Of a stretch of 64,000 nt of DNA, positions 29,200 through 39,025 are shown piece by piece; the stretch's first letter is position 1, and every line of letters starts with the position of its first letter. Origin of the DNA: Minisyncoccota bacterium (GTDB lineage Bacteria; Patescibacteriota; Minisyncoccia; Phycocordibacterales; UBA2100); the NCBI GenBank assembly GCA_035500505.1, contig DATJXE010000005.1:318-64317 (forward strand). The letters run 5' to 3'. The notes under the pieces are model-generated. The model ran no database searches. It had not been told where the DNA came from and was given only the letters and a program-made list of their open reading frames with translations. The translations under genes were made by a program, and so were the position numbers.

Positions 29200-29580
29200 T
29201 TATGTTTTCTCAAGCTTGCGGCGGCCGGAGGTCATCGTGGTGCGCTTGTTGCCGCGGACGGTGCGGGAATTCGTTTTCGTGCGCTGGCCGCGCGCCGGCA
29301 AATGTTTTTGGTGACGGGTCCCGCGGTACGCCTTGATATCGCGCAAGCGACGGATGTTGCCGCTAATTTCTCGTTTGAGCTCGCCTTCGAGAGCGAATTT
29401 TTCGATAGCTTCGCGGAGCGACGACTCCTCCTTCGCGGAAAGTTCCGCAGGGCGCTTCCCCGCTTCGATGCCGAGATCGGAGAGCGTCGCGAGCGCGCGA
29501 GAGCGGCCCACTCCATAAATAGAAGTGAGCGCTATTTCGAGGCGCTTTTCCGGTACGGTGACTCCAGCGATGCGAAGCAT
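29200..29580 (-). CDS. rpsM: 30S ribosomal protein S13
   Basis: RIAGV...ALTSIYGVG...YRGTRH...RGQRTKTN. Confidence 0.98.
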   Translation of the reverse strand: MLRIAGVTVPEKRLEIALTSIYGVGRSRALATLSDLGIEAGKRPAELSAKEESSLREAIEKFALEGELKREISGNIRRLRDIKAYRGTRHQKHLPARGQRTKTNSRTVRGNKRTTMTSGRRKLEKT

Positions 29581-29585
29581 AGCGA

Positions 29586-29699
29586 TTATCCTTGGCGCTG
29601 CTTATGACGCGGGTTGGTGCAAATGACGCGCAGCCGACCGCCCCGGCGGACAAGCCGGCAGTGCATGCAAATTTTCTTGACGGATGCTTTTACTTTCAT
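29586..29699 (-). CDS. rpmJ: 50S ribosomal protein L36 (Zn-binding type)
   Basis: Manual translation [37 protein letters not shown]; below the ORF-track cutoff. Confidence 0.97.
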   Translation of the reverse strand: MKVKASVKKICMHCRLVRRGGRLRVICTNPRHKQRQG

Positions 29700-29714
29700 A
29701 TGTTCTTTGTGGTT

Positions 29715-29921
29715 TTAGTTCCTCCTCGTGATCCGGGCACGACCGCCGTACGGATCCAGTTGAAGCTGGACCTTGTCGCCGACGAGCACTTTGATCCGGT
29801 GCAGACGCATTTTGCCGGCCAGGTACGCGAGGACGATCTCGCCGGTCTCGAGCTTCACGCGAAATAAGGTGTTGGGAAGCGCCTCTTCGACGATTCCTTC
29901 CACGACCTCTTCGGGTGCCAT
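29715..29921 (-). CDS. infA: Translation initiation factor IF-1
   Basis: [15 protein letters not shown]...[17 protein letters not shown]. Confidence 0.97.
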   Translation of the reverse strand: MAPEEVVEGIVEEALPNTLFRVKLETGEIVLAYLAGKMRLHRIKVLVGDKVQLQLDPYGGRARITRRN

Positions 29922-29974
29922 ATCTGCGCGAACCACAATAGCAGCAAGCCTGTCAGGAGTCAAGAAACGCGGCC

Positions 29975-31405
29975 TTATTGTGCGACCGTAGGAGCCACGA
30001 TGACCACTTTGATATCAGCAGGGTTGGACGGGAACGACGTCTTCCAGAACGGCTCGATGCGGGAGTGCGCCTCCTGTATGCCGGGGAAACTGCCCGTTAT
30101 GGTGCCGAACGCGTTCTGGTCGTGTCCCGCGAGCGCGCGAGCAAGCGCCTGCGCGTCCACTTGCCAGACCAAGGTCGCGGTCCCGGAGAGCGTGAAGTTG
30201 AGCGGAGCAGTGCCGAGCGTCGAGGAACTCTCGTCGGGCGATGTCGCCGAGAAGCCCTGTCCTTCCACGAGCGAGAGCGGTACGCCGTCGGAGTTTTCGC
30301 CCACCGTGAGCGCGATCGCCTGACTGAACGAATTGGCATCGAACACCGGCGTTTGAATGTGCGCCGCTTCATTGACCTGCACGCTGCCGCTCGCGGCGCT
30401 CGTTTGCGGCAAGTCTTGGTACGAGATCTGGATGAGCTGCGGAAGGATGACGGTGGTCGTGCCGCTTTGCGCGCTTGCAGCGGCTTGCGCTTTTTGCGCG
30501 AGTTGCGCGCGGAGCGCCGACTGCGCATTGGAAAGCGTGGTCGGGTCCACCGCGGGTTGCTGTCCAGAGAATCCGCCGGTCGTCGAAGCGGTCGACTGTG
30601 CGTAGACGTTGGAGTACATGGCCGGCGTAGATTGGAGGCCGGGGATGGTGAAGCGCGAGACGGGGCCGATATTGTATTGATCGCCGGATTGATCGGCAAA
30701 GACGGTCACCGAAACATGGCCTGGCGTCGAGCCGCTCTTCCCGGGGATGACAATGGCATCCGGCACGCGGAAAATGAGACCGGAAGGTGTCGCGAAGCGG
30801 GTGTTGGCTATGAGTTTGACCGGAGCGGATGAGTAGTCGTTGTAGACGGTAACGGTGCCTTGCGCTTTCGTGTCTACCTGCTGCATCGCGCCGGCGGAAA
30901 CCGTCTGTGAAGCCTGTAGGTCGGAGTTGATGAGCGTGTAGGCGAGCGTGCCGGTCGCGGCGGTCGCCGCAGGGTATGCGGTGAATTGCGACGTCTGGTC
31001 GAACACGATCGTGTGCGAGCGCGGCGTGACCGTGATGGTCGTCTTTCTGAGCGCGAAGAGCGCCAGCCCCGCCAGCACGAGAACAACGACGAGGGCGATG
31101 CCCCACAGCCACCACGAACGGCCGCTTCCGGTCCTGCGAGGCTTCGGCGGAAGCTGCTGGACGCCGAAATTGGAAGGGTCGCGGACGTCGTTGACCGACG
31201 GCCGCACAGGGCGCGAGCGGCGCTCCGGACTGTCTATGCTTATATTGCGTATGCTCCTCTCCATGGAGGGGTCATCCATTTCCGCTTCCGGTTCGGGAGC
31301 CGGCTGCACCGGCATTTTGCGCGGCTGCTGCGAAGCTCCTTGGCGCGAAGGACGCGGAGCGCTCCCTTCCGGCGGCACGATATCCTGAAAATAATCTTTT
31401 GCCAT
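29975..31405 (-). CDS. Bitopic membrane protein with baseplate-J-like extracytoplasmic region
   Basis: Disordered N-terminus, one TM, then [10 protein letters not shown]...[11 protein letters not shown]...[12 protein letters not shown]...TTGG pattern. Family call from memory. Confidence 0.65.
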   Translation of the reverse strand: MAKDYFQDIVPPEGSAPRPSRQGASQQPRKMPVQPAPEPEAEMDDPSMERSIRNISIDSPERRSRPVRPSVNDVRDPSNFGVQQLPPKPRRTGSGRSWWLWGIALVVVLVLAGLALFALRKTTITVTPRSHTIVFDQTSQFTAYPAATAATGTLAYTLINSDLQASQTVSAGAMQQVDTKAQGTVTVYNDYSSAPVKLIANTRFATPSGLIFRVPDAIVIPGKSGSTPGHVSVTVFADQSGDQYNIGPVSRFTIPGLQSTPAMYSNVYAQSTASTTGGFSGQQPAVDPTTLSNAQSALRAQLAQKAQAAASAQSGTTTVILPQLIQISYQDLPQTSAASGSVQVNEAAHIQTPVFDANSFSQAIALTVGENSDGVPLSLVEGQGFSATSPDESSSTLGTAPLNFTLSGTATLVWQVDAQALARALAGHDQNAFGTITGSFPGIQEAHSRIEPFWKTSFPSNPADIKVVIVAPTVAQ

Positions 31406-31441
31406 AAAACGAAAGTATACCACGCACGGGTGCGGCAGAAC

Positions 31442-32581
31442 CTAGGAATCCGACTCGATGTTGACAAGCGCACAGCCCAACGCAAGGCCCGTGTCCGCGA
31501 AAGAACTCGGAATTTGTGCGACCGGCAACAATTCCCCTGCGGATAGCGATGTGACCGCGAAAGGCTGGGCCGTCGCGGTGAATTGCGTGAAGTCGATGCG
31601 CGAAAAGAAGCGCGAAAGCCAGCGCGAAAGTTGCGAGGGCGCCAGCAGTACCAACGTCTCGGGAAGTTTGCGTGAACCCGAGAGTTTCGCGAACGTTTCG
31701 CCGAATATGTGGGCGAGCTCCGGCTCGAATTTGGCGACTGCCTGTTCAAGCTCGTTCGCCGCATCCGACTCGCTCTGTTGTCTTTCGATCATATCGAGAA
31801 GGGCGACCGTTTCTTCGACCGGCTTTCCCTTCGCGAGACTCGATGCGATCTGACGAACTCCCTGCGGGATGGAGTCGCGGCCTTCGAGAATGCCTTTGCG
31901 CACGGAAATGAGGTCGGTCGCCTCGCCGCCGACTTCGACGATGAGGTAACTGCCGTCGCCGAGGAGCCGCTTCGCCACCGAGAGCGCGGCGCGTGCGCCC
32001 GAACGCCAGATCACCGGCGTCCCCGGTAGGAATTTTCCGAGAACTTCTTTGGCGCCGTTTTGCACCTGCTGGTCGCAGTCGCTCATGAGCGTGAAGACGC
32101 GTATCGTCTCGGCCCGTTTCCCCGCCGGCTCTTCGGTCGCGTAGCCGTTCAAAAGGACCCGAACAACGTTGGCCTCGAACATGGCGCTCGCGTCGATCTT
32201 TTTTTGGTCGGCAAGGGCCTGCTTGGCGAGACCGGAGATCATCGCATCGGTGATGGTCGCTTCGCGTTTCAACTCTCCGAGCGCCGCTCCCGCGAAGGAG
32301 TGCGTCCACGGCGCGCCGACGACACAATAAGACGAAGAGATGCGCGGGCCTTTTTGTGCCGCATATTCCGTGAGTGCTTTTTCGCAAGCGGTCGAGAGGG
32401 CCTGGACGACGCCCGTCGCGAGCGCGTTATCGGAACGATTTTCGAACGGCAGGCTCTCGCGCGCGAACGCATAGAGTTGCGGCGCGCGTCCTGTTCTGAA
32501 AACGGCGAAGCCTGCGCTCGCGCTTCCGATATCCGCAACGGCGACGACCTTGCCGCCCAAACTCGTTCCCATGCCAAACAT
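31442..32581 (-). CDS. Divergent FtsA/actin-like fold protein
   Basis: ADIGSAS (phosphate-1-like) and VEVGGEATD (phosphate-2-like) motifs. Confidence 0.6.
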   Translation of the reverse strand: MFGMGTSLGGKVVAVADIGSASAGFAVFRTGRAPQLYAFARESLPFENRSDNALATGVVQALSTACEKALTEYAAQKGPRISSSYCVVGAPWTHSFAGAALGELKREATITDAMISGLAKQALADQKKIDASAMFEANVVRVLLNGYATEEPAGKRAETIRVFTLMSDCDQQVQNGAKEVLGKFLPGTPVIWRSGARAALSVAKRLLGDGSYLIVEVGGEATDLISVRKGILEGRDSIPQGVRQIASSLAKGKPVEETVALLDMIERQQSESDAANELEQAVAKFEPELAHIFGETFAKLSGSRKLPETLVLLAPSQLSRWLSRFFSRIDFTQFTATAQPFAVTSLSAGELLPVAQIPSSFADTGLALGCALVNIESDS

Positions 32582-32630
32582 CCGCCCTATTGTATCACCC
32601 ACGTTCGTCGGGCAGAGAGCAAGCGTGGTA

Positions 32631-34547
32631 TTACAAAATGACCGCTTTTATTCTTCGGATCCCCGATGCGACCGCCTCCTCTTTCTGTATCTTGAACACT
32701 CCGGTAAGTTCGCGCGTGTTGGAGACGTGCGGTCCGCCGCAAAATTCTATCGAGAAGGCATCTGCGAACATCGGATCTTTCTCGGTCGCGCCCTTTGGTC
32801 CGACGGAATAGACGGATACGACATCCGGGTACTTCGCGCCGAATTCGTGCTCGGCGCCGAGCGTTTCGGCTTTCTCCTTGGGCAGTGTTGAGCGGATAAC
32901 CGGTAATTCCTCTTTTATTTTCTCGTTGACGATGCGCTCCGCTTCGGCGATCTGCTCTTTGGTCATTTTCGTGCCGTATGAAAAGTCGATGCGCAGGCGT
33001 TCTTGGGTGATGTTGGACCCCCTTTGGTGCACTTCGGCCCCGAGCACAAGCTGGAGCGCTTTCAGCAACAGGTGGTGCGCGGTGTGCAGGCGCGTCGTCT
33101 TTTCCGAAGTGTCGGCGAGACCGCCTTTGAATTTCTGCTCGCTCCCGGCGCGTGAGAGCTCCTGGTGCCGTTTCATTTCCGTTTTGAATCCTTCGACATC
33201 GACGTCTATCCCCCGCTCGGTGGCGAGCTCGAGCGTCATCTCGAACGGAAATCCGTACGTCGTGAAAAGGGTGAACGCTTCCGAAGGCTCGATGTGGCCG
33301 GTCGCCGCGACTTTCTCGAATTCCTTCATACCGTGTTCGAGGGTCTTGCTGAACTGTTTTTCCTCGTTCCAGATCTCTTTGGTTATCGTCTCGTACGCCT
33401 CTTCGCTCGCGAGTTCCGTATACGCCTGCTTGTACTTCTCAATGACGATGATGGCGCATCGATTGAGGAGGCTTTCTTCTTCCTGGTCCTGCTGCGCGCC
33501 GATCTTCAACGCATGCTGCGAGGCGCGGCGGATGAGGCGGCGCAGCACGTAGCCGCGCTCGGTGTTGGAAGGCCTCACGCCATCGCCGAGCATCATCGTC
33601 GCGGCGCGCATGTGGTCGGCGATGATGCGGAATGAACGGCGGTAGCGCGAATCGTTGTAGGACTTACCGGAGAAATGTTCAAGGAGCGCTATCATATCGG
33701 AGAACACGTCTATCGAAAAAACATCCGGGTTCTTTTCCGAAGCCGCGGCGATGCGCTCCAACCCCCCGCCGAAATCGACGTTCGCCTTGGGAAGAAGCGC
33801 GAACGAGCCGTCCTCTTTTTTGATGTACTGCATGAACACCGAATTTCCTATTTCGAGGAACCGGCCGCAATCGCAGTTGGGATGACACTGCGCACCGTAT
33901 TTCTCGTCGTGCGGCGTACCGAAGTCGTAGAACACTTCCGAATCAGGTCCCCCAGGTTCTCCCGCCGGCATCTTCTCCGGCGTACCAGCACGACTCCACC
34001 AGTTCTTTTTGGCGTCGTAGTAGAAGATGCGGCCGTCTTGCATGCCGAGGCGATATCCATCTTCTTCGCTGCCAATGACGACATCTTTGGCATCTATGCC
34101 CTTGTTGGCGAACAACTCCTTCCAGATGCCCGCCGATTCGGTGTCACGCGGCACGCCATTGTTTTCATCTCCGATGAAAACGGTCACGTACAAACGGTTC
34201 GCGTCGATGCCGACCTCGTCGGTGAGAAATCCGAAAAACCACGGAAGCTGATCTTTCTTGAAGTAGTCGCCGAGCGACCAGTTACCAAGCATCTCGAAGA
34301 ACGTCGTATGGCGGTTGTCCCCCACTTCGTCGATATCTTCGGCACGAAAACTTTTTTGACTATCGACCAATCGATTCCCTTTCGGATGCGGCTCTCCGAG
34401 CAGATACGGTATCAGCGGCTGCATGCCGGAACCCGTAAAAAGGGTCGTTGGGTCATTCTGCGGCACAAGCGATGCGCTCGGAATGATGGTATGTCCGCGG
34501 GCTTGGAAGAATTTCAGGTATTTTGAGCGTATCTCGTTGATAGTCAT
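32631..34547 (-). CDS. alaS: Alanine--tRNA ligase (no C-Ala domain)
   Basis: DPTTLFTGSGMQP, HTTFFEMLGNWSLGDYFK, editing HTAHH and FCGGPHV; ends at GIRRIKAVIL. Confidence 0.97.
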   Translation of the reverse strand: MTINEIRSKYLKFFQARGHTIIPSASLVPQNDPTTLFTGSGMQPLIPYLLGEPHPKGNRLVDSQKSFRAEDIDEVGDNRHTTFFEMLGNWSLGDYFKKDQLPWFFGFLTDEVGIDANRLYVTVFIGDENNGVPRDTESAGIWKELFANKGIDAKDVVIGSEEDGYRLGMQDGRIFYYDAKKNWWSRAGTPEKMPAGEPGGPDSEVFYDFGTPHDEKYGAQCHPNCDCGRFLEIGNSVFMQYIKKEDGSFALLPKANVDFGGGLERIAAASEKNPDVFSIDVFSDMIALLEHFSGKSYNDSRYRRSFRIIADHMRAATMMLGDGVRPSNTERGYVLRRLIRRASQHALKIGAQQDQEEESLLNRCAIIVIEKYKQAYTELASEEAYETITKEIWNEEKQFSKTLEHGMKEFEKVAATGHIEPSEAFTLFTTYGFPFEMTLELATERGIDVDVEGFKTEMKRHQELSRAGSEQKFKGGLADTSEKTTRLHTAHHLLLKALQLVLGAEVHQRGSNITQERLRIDFSYGTKMTKEQIAEAERIVNEKIKEELPVIRSTLPKEKAETLGAEHEFGAKYPDVVSVYSVGPKGATEKDPMFADAFSIEFCGGPHVSNTRELTGVFKIQKEEAVASGIRRIKAVIL

Positions 34548-34675
34548 TCGCATAAAAGTAACGTGTTTTGCGAAAAAAGAAAGGTCGTATCTCCCCTCAT
34601 ATTGCGAGAATTTGCCGATAACGTAGGCGTGTGGCATAGTCCTGTCGAGCGCAATTTACGAAAGGAGTGACGCTC

Positions 34676-35071
34676 ATGACAGAGTTCTCATTCAGCGGGA
34701 TGGCACAGATCGTTCTCCCGGCCCTGACCAAGTTCTTGAAGAATAATCAGGTCTCCCCCGAAATGGTCGACAAGTGCCTGGACATCGGATCTTTCGACCT
34801 GCCCGAGGTTGATGCCGAGGCACCGGAGATGCGCGGCAAGTTCCTCAAACAGGTCAAGGCGAAGCTTCGGAGAGCTTTGTCTTCGACGGCTGTGGAGAAG
34901 CTCACGGTCAACCAGGTATTGGCTCTGGCGCTGATCGAAAACGATCACCCGTACGAACGAGCCGCGCAGATCTGCGCCTGCCAGGTCGGCACGATCAAAT
35001 CAAGGGTCAGCCGCGCTCGGTGGGTGCTGAACCCCGAAGCGATGAGGGTTCGCGTGCACAAGAAGAAGTAG
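34676..35071 (+). CDS. Small protein with ECF sigma region-4-like HTH
   Basis: C-terminal YERAAQICACQVGTIKSRVSRAR; SD AAGGAG; alternative GTG start at 34667. Confidence 0.7.
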   Translation: MTEFSFSGMAQIVLPALTKFLKNNQVSPEMVDKCLDIGSFDLPEVDAEAPEMRGKFLKQVKAKLRRALSSTAVEKLTVNQVLALALIENDHPYERAAQICACQVGTIKSRVSRARWVLNPEAMRVRVHKKK

Positions 35072-35092
35072 CCGACGTGCGGCTTTGAAACC

Positions 35093-35118
35093 CCTCCTGT
35101 GGCTCCGGCTGCAGGAGG
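35093..35118 (+). terminator. Putative terminator hairpin
   Basis: CCTCCTGTGGC-tccg-GCTGCAGGAGG after the stop codon. Confidence 0.55.
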
Positions 35119-35162
35119 TTCCTTGTTGCCTCTGAATACATCAGGAGCTACTATGCGCCGCG

Positions 35163-36434
35163 ATGCAGTACGAACTACACACATTAAAGAACGGTCTGCG
35201 CATCGTGCTCGCGCCGATGGAAGGCACGGAGACGGCGACAGTGGTCGTTATGACCGGTACCGGCTCGCGGTATGAGACGGCAAAGGAGAACGGGCTTGCG
35301 CACTTTTTGGAGCACATGTTCTTCAAGGGCACAAAGAAACGCAAAGGGGCGCTTGCGATAAGCGAAGAACTCGACGGGGTCGGCGCCGTCTACAACGCCT
35401 TCACGGCGAAGGACAGAACGGCCTATTGGGCGAAAGTGAGCGCACAGTATCTCGACACGGCGCTCGATGTCGTTTTCGACATTTCACTCAACTCGACACT
35501 GCCGGAAAAAGAGATAGACAAGGAGCGCGGTGCCATCATCCAAGAGATAGACATGTACGAAGACATGCCAATGCGCACGGTAGACGATGTCTTCGAAAAA
35601 CTTTTCTTTGGTGCCGAACACCCGCTGGGTCGCACCATTCTGGGGCCGAAGGAAAATATCCGGGCTTTTACGCGCGCGAATTTCGCAAGCTATCACAAGC
35701 GGCAATACACGCCGGCCAATACCGTCGTCGCCATCGCAGGCTCTTTTGATAAGAAGAAAGTCCTGGCCAAGATCGAAAAGGAGTTCGGCTCCCTCAAGAA
35801 ATCTAAGTCCTCAAAGGCACTGTCTTTTGCGGCGAAGCAAACGGAGTCTCGGGTCTCCATAAAAGAAAAGAAGACCGATCAAACACAACTCATTCTTGGC
35901 GTTCCGGCGTATCCATACCTGCACAAAGATGAATACGCACTCGCGGTGCTTTCGACGATACTGGGTGGCGGCATGTCGAGCCGACTTTTTATCGAAGTGC
36001 GCGAGAAGCGCGGGCTCGCCTACTCGGTGCATTCGTGGGCAGAAAAATACCCGGACACCGGCTACTTTGCGGTGCAGGCGGGTGTTGAGCACGGAAAGCT
36101 GGAGAAAACCGTCGAAACTGTTCTTGCCGAGTTCAAGAAAATAAAGGCGAAGAAGGTCTCTACAGCAGAGCTGAAGAAGGCCAAGGCCTACCTCAAAGGC
36201 ACAACGACTCTCTCGCTCGAAACCAGCGACGAAATAGCCGAAAAGGCCGCCACCTCCCTCATCGTCATGGGCAAGGTCCGCACGCTCGAAGAACGCCTCA
36301 AGGGGATCGATAAAGTCACTGCAGCCGACGTCCAGCGCGTTGCAAAAGATATCCTCAAGACAGAGCGGCTCAATCTCGCCATCATCGGCCCGCATGTCCA
36401 CAGCGATACGTTACATTCACTTCTCCGACTCTAA
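35163..36434 (+). CDS. M16 family zinc peptidase
   Basis: HFLEH (HxxEH), NAFT, GGGMSSRLF.EVREKRGLAY. Confidence 0.95.
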   Translation: MQYELHTLKNGLRIVLAPMEGTETATVVVMTGTGSRYETAKENGLAHFLEHMFFKGTKKRKGALAISEELDGVGAVYNAFTAKDRTAYWAKVSAQYLDTALDVVFDISLNSTLPEKEIDKERGAIIQEIDMYEDMPMRTVDDVFEKLFFGAEHPLGRTILGPKENIRAFTRANFASYHKRQYTPANTVVAIAGSFDKKKVLAKIEKEFGSLKKSKSSKALSFAAKQTESRVSIKEKKTDQTQLILGVPAYPYLHKDEYALAVLSTILGGGMSSRLFIEVREKRGLAYSVHSWAEKYPDTGYFAVQAGVEHGKLEKTVETVLAEFKKIKAKKVSTAELKKAKAYLKGTTTLSLETSDEIAEKAATSLIVMGKVRTLEERLKGIDKVTAADVQRVAKDILKTERLNLAIIGPHVHSDTLHSLLRL

Positions 36435-36507
36435 CGGTTTGCAACCAAAAAAGACTGTGTTACGTTGAAGCCCGCCCGGGCCCCCTGCCAAAGACGGAGC
36501 ACCGTCC

Positions 36508-36681
36508 GTGTACTTCCCCATCATGACGCTACTGACGTCGGTGGGATCTACTCTCGTCGCCGTCGTCAACTTCGAACCAAGCACGCTCTCTCTTTGCTTA
36601 GCGCTCGCGTGTTTGATCTTGAGCGGTTTGGTCATCATCTCCGATATGAGTTCCCTCCCGAACCAGTCGGGGGTCGACTGA
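36508..36681 (+). CDS. Small hydrophobic hypothetical protein (57 aa)
   Basis: GTG start after GGAG: MYFPIMTLLTSVGSTLVAVVNFEPSTLSLCLALACLILSGLVIISDMSSLPNQSGVD; followed by a strong hairpin. Confidence 0.45.
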   Translation: MYFPIMTLLTSVGSTLVAVVNFEPSTLSLCLALACLILSGLVIISDMSSLPNQSGVD

Positions 36682-36685
36682 CCAA

Positions 36686-36713
36686 GGCGGCCGGGCTTTC
36701 GAGCCCGGCCGCC
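36686..36713. terminator. GC-rich hairpin between convergent genes
   Basis: GGCGGCCGGGCT-ttcg-AGCCCGGCCGCC. Confidence 0.7.
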
Positions 36714-36724
36714 ACTCATTTTGA

Positions 36725-37408
36725 TCATAACCAATCAATCGGCTTTTTGTCGTGCGCGATCAGATATTCGTTGGTTTTGCTGAACGGTTTGGAACCGAAA
36801 AAGCCATGGTGGGCAGACAGGGGCGAGGGATGCGCGCTCTCGATTATTTCGTGCTTGGACCAGTCGATAAGGTTGCCTTTTGACTTTGCATAGTTGCCCC
36901 AGAGGATGAACACGAGATTTTCTTTCTTATCCGAAAGTGTTCGAATGACCGCGTCGGTGAACTTTTCCCAACCCTTTCCTTGATGCGAGTTGGCTTTGTG
37001 CGCCTGTACGGTGAGCGTCGCGTTCAAAAGGAGTACGCCTTGTTTGGCCCACCGCTCCAAGTCCCCCTTCTTCGCCAAGGCTTCGAAGGGCACGCCCGTA
37101 TCGTCCGACAGCTCCTTGAATATATTTATTAAAGAGGGAGGTAAACGCTGTCCGTTGTTCACCGCAAAACAAAGTCCATTTGCTTGCCCTGGCCCGTGGT
37201 AGGGATCCTGACCGAGGATAACGACTTCGACGTTGTTGAACGGTGTGAGCTCGAACGCGCGGAAAATATTCTTCGGCGCCGGGTAGATGATGGCGTGCTG
37301 ATACTCGCTTTTGACGAACTCACGCAAGGCCTTGAAATACTCTTTCCCGAACTCTTCCTGCAAAACCTTTTTCCACGACGCTTCCATTTTTACGTCGTCC
37401 TCAGCCAT
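36725..37408 (-). CDS. ung: Uracil-DNA glycosylase family 1
   Basis: GQDPYHG, GVLLLN, HPSPLSA. Confidence 0.97.
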   Translation of the reverse strand: MAEDDVKMEASWKKVLQEEFGKEYFKALREFVKSEYQHAIIYPAPKNIFRAFELTPFNNVEVVILGQDPYHGPGQANGLCFAVNNGQRLPPSLINIFKELSDDTGVPFEALAKKGDLERWAKQGVLLLNATLTVQAHKANSHQGKGWEKFTDAVIRTLSDKKENLVFILWGNYAKSKGNLIDWSKHEIIESAHPSPLSAHHGFFGSKPFSKTNEYLIAHDKKPIDWL

Positions 37409-37414
37409 ACCCGT

Positions 37415-37669
37415 TTATCTGGCTCCTTCCTCGAACAACAGTTCCTGTTTCCGCGCGACGCCACCGCGGTTGTACCCGCGCATGGTGCCGTCGCTCGCGA
37501 TGACGCGGTGGCACGGTATCGACGGATCGTAGTTGGTGCGCATGATGGCGCCAACGGCTCGTGCGGCTTTGGGGTTGCCGGCTTTTTCGGCGACTTCCTT
37601 GTAGGTCATCGTCTTGCCCTTGGGGATCTTCCGGACGATATCGCGCACTTTGTCTCTAAACGCTTTCAT
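37415..37669 (-). CDS. O6-methylguanine-DNA methyltransferase, single domain
   Basis: IPKGKTMTY, ARAVG, PCHRV active-site motif. Confidence 0.92.
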   Translation of the reverse strand: MKAFRDKVRDIVRKIPKGKTMTYKEVAEKAGNPKAARAVGAIMRTNYDPSIPCHRVIASDGTMRGYNRGGVARKQELLFEEGAR

Positions 37670-38478
37670 ATGCCGAGTGTACCAGAACCCGCCGCCTTTT
37701 TCACGACCCTTTTTTTCGCCACGCGTGCCTGCAATTCTTTTCCCGCCGCTTCGCGGTAGCCGCAGTATTCGCAGGTCGGATTTGCGGCGGGGACTTCCTC
37801 GCCTCGCAAGCAATCATTCATCTTGAGAACAAGCGGTTCTATCCAACTCGTGTCTCCCTTGTGCGGAATGACCTTCACGTCGAACTCGAGCTTGCCGTCA
37901 AAGGAAGGCGCTTCGGAATTGCCGTTCACGTATACGAAATAAGCAATGTCGGAGACCTTCTCGCCGATGCCGCGCAAGAGCCATTGGTAGATCTCGACTT
38001 GTCGCTTGTAGCCCTGCTGCCAATAGCCGTCGATGGTCACTTCGTCTTTCTTGCTCGTTGCTTTGTAGTCGACGACATGGAGCGCGCCTTCGGGCGTTAC
38101 CCAGACATCGTCGAGGCCGCCGCGCAATATAAGATTGGTCGGCTTGTGGTGGTACTGCACGCCCCGGCGAAGCGCGTCGCGCCACTCTTCCATCCGCGAA
38201 TCTTTCAAGGGAACCGCGTCTATTTTGTACGCCTTCATGAGAGGGTGCGCGCTTCCCTTCGCGCGGTGAATGTCGAACTCTCGCTTGAGGAGTTCATCGA
38301 CGGCGTTGTTGAGGGAGAACGCCGGGAACGACGTGCGCGGGATGCCGAGACGCTGATCGAGATAGAAACAGCGCGGACACTCGTGGAAGAGATCTATCTT
38401 GCTGCGGCTCAAGCGGTAGGGCTCCTCGGAATTCGGATCAAAAAGTCCTCTCGTGCGCTTCTGGTACCCTTTCGGCAT
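37666..38478 (-). CDS. PD-(D/E)XK nuclease (RecB/Cas4-like)
   Basis: LSRSKI...CPRC, GGLDD, VVDYK, QVEIY, C-terminal CEYC. Confidence 0.88.
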   Translation of the reverse strand: MPKGYQKRTRGLFDPNSEEPYRLSRSKIDLFHECPRCFYLDQRLGIPRTSFPAFSLNNAVDELLKREFDIHRAKGSAHPLMKAYKIDAVPLKDSRMEEWRDALRRGVQYHHKPTNLILRGGLDDVWVTPEGALHVVDYKATSKKDEVTIDGYWQQGYKRQVEIYQWLLRGIGEKVSDIAYFVYVNGNSEAPSFDGKLEFDVKVIPHKGDTSWIEPLVLKMNDCLRGEEVPAANPTCEYCGYREAAGKELQARVAKKRVVKKAAGSGTLGI

Positions 38479-39007
38479 GGGGCGAGTATACCATTTCACT
38501 CGCCGAGTGCGGCATTTTTCCGCTGTCTCCGTTGCCTTCGTGGAGCTCGAACCAGTGCTTGAACCTGTTCTCCACGTACCACATGCCGGTGAATGCGATG
38601 AGTGCGAGTATCGTCGCGAACACGGCGACCGCGTACATGCCAAAGCCCACCGCCATGCCGACGGCGGTCACTATCCAAAGGCCCGCAGCCGTCGTGATGC
38701 CGTGCACCGTATCTCCGCGGAAAATGATGAGGCCCGCGCCGATGAAGCCGATGCCTGTCGCGACACCGGCGGCAAGCTGCAGGGGCTGGAAATTAACAAC
38801 GCCGAGATAGGCGGAGTCGACGTAATTGGACATGACGATGAATAGGCACGCTGCGAGTCCGACAAGCGCGAATGTGCGCGTACCGGCGGGTTGTCTCGCG
38901 AGCACGGCGCGCTCGGTGCCGATGACGCCGCCGAGGATGAGCGCGAGAATGAGCTTCACGAACATGATGGTCGTGGTATCAACGAAAAGTTCCGGGCCGG
39001 TTGGCAT
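38438..39007 (-). CDS. MgtC/SapB family membrane protein
   Basis: IGTER...PAGTRT, GIGFIGAG, GITTAAGLW. Confidence 0.92.
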   Translation of the reverse strand: MPTGPELFVDTTTIMFVKLILALILGGVIGTERAVLARQPAGTRTFALVGLAACLFIVMSNYVDSAYLGVVNFQPLQLAAGVATGIGFIGAGLIIFRGDTVHGITTAAGLWIVTAVGMAVGFGMYAVAVFATILALIAFTGMWYVENRFKHWFELHEGNGDSGKMPHSASEMVYSPHAERVPEAHERTF

Positions 39008-39025
39008 GCAAGAATTATACCATCG

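Noticed and set aside
29975-31405. Baseplate-like gene as evidence of a prophage
   Set aside because: It is membrane anchored, flanked by housekeeping genes, and no phage structural or integrase genes are present.
36417-36734. 105-aa minus-strand ORF after ung
   Set aside because: It has no motif, runs through a terminator-like hairpin and overlaps both neighbours. The plus-strand hydrophobic ORF is more plausible.
37666-38478. Cas4-like gene as a sign of CRISPR-Cas
   Set aside because: I saw no repeat-spacer array or other cas genes in the window.
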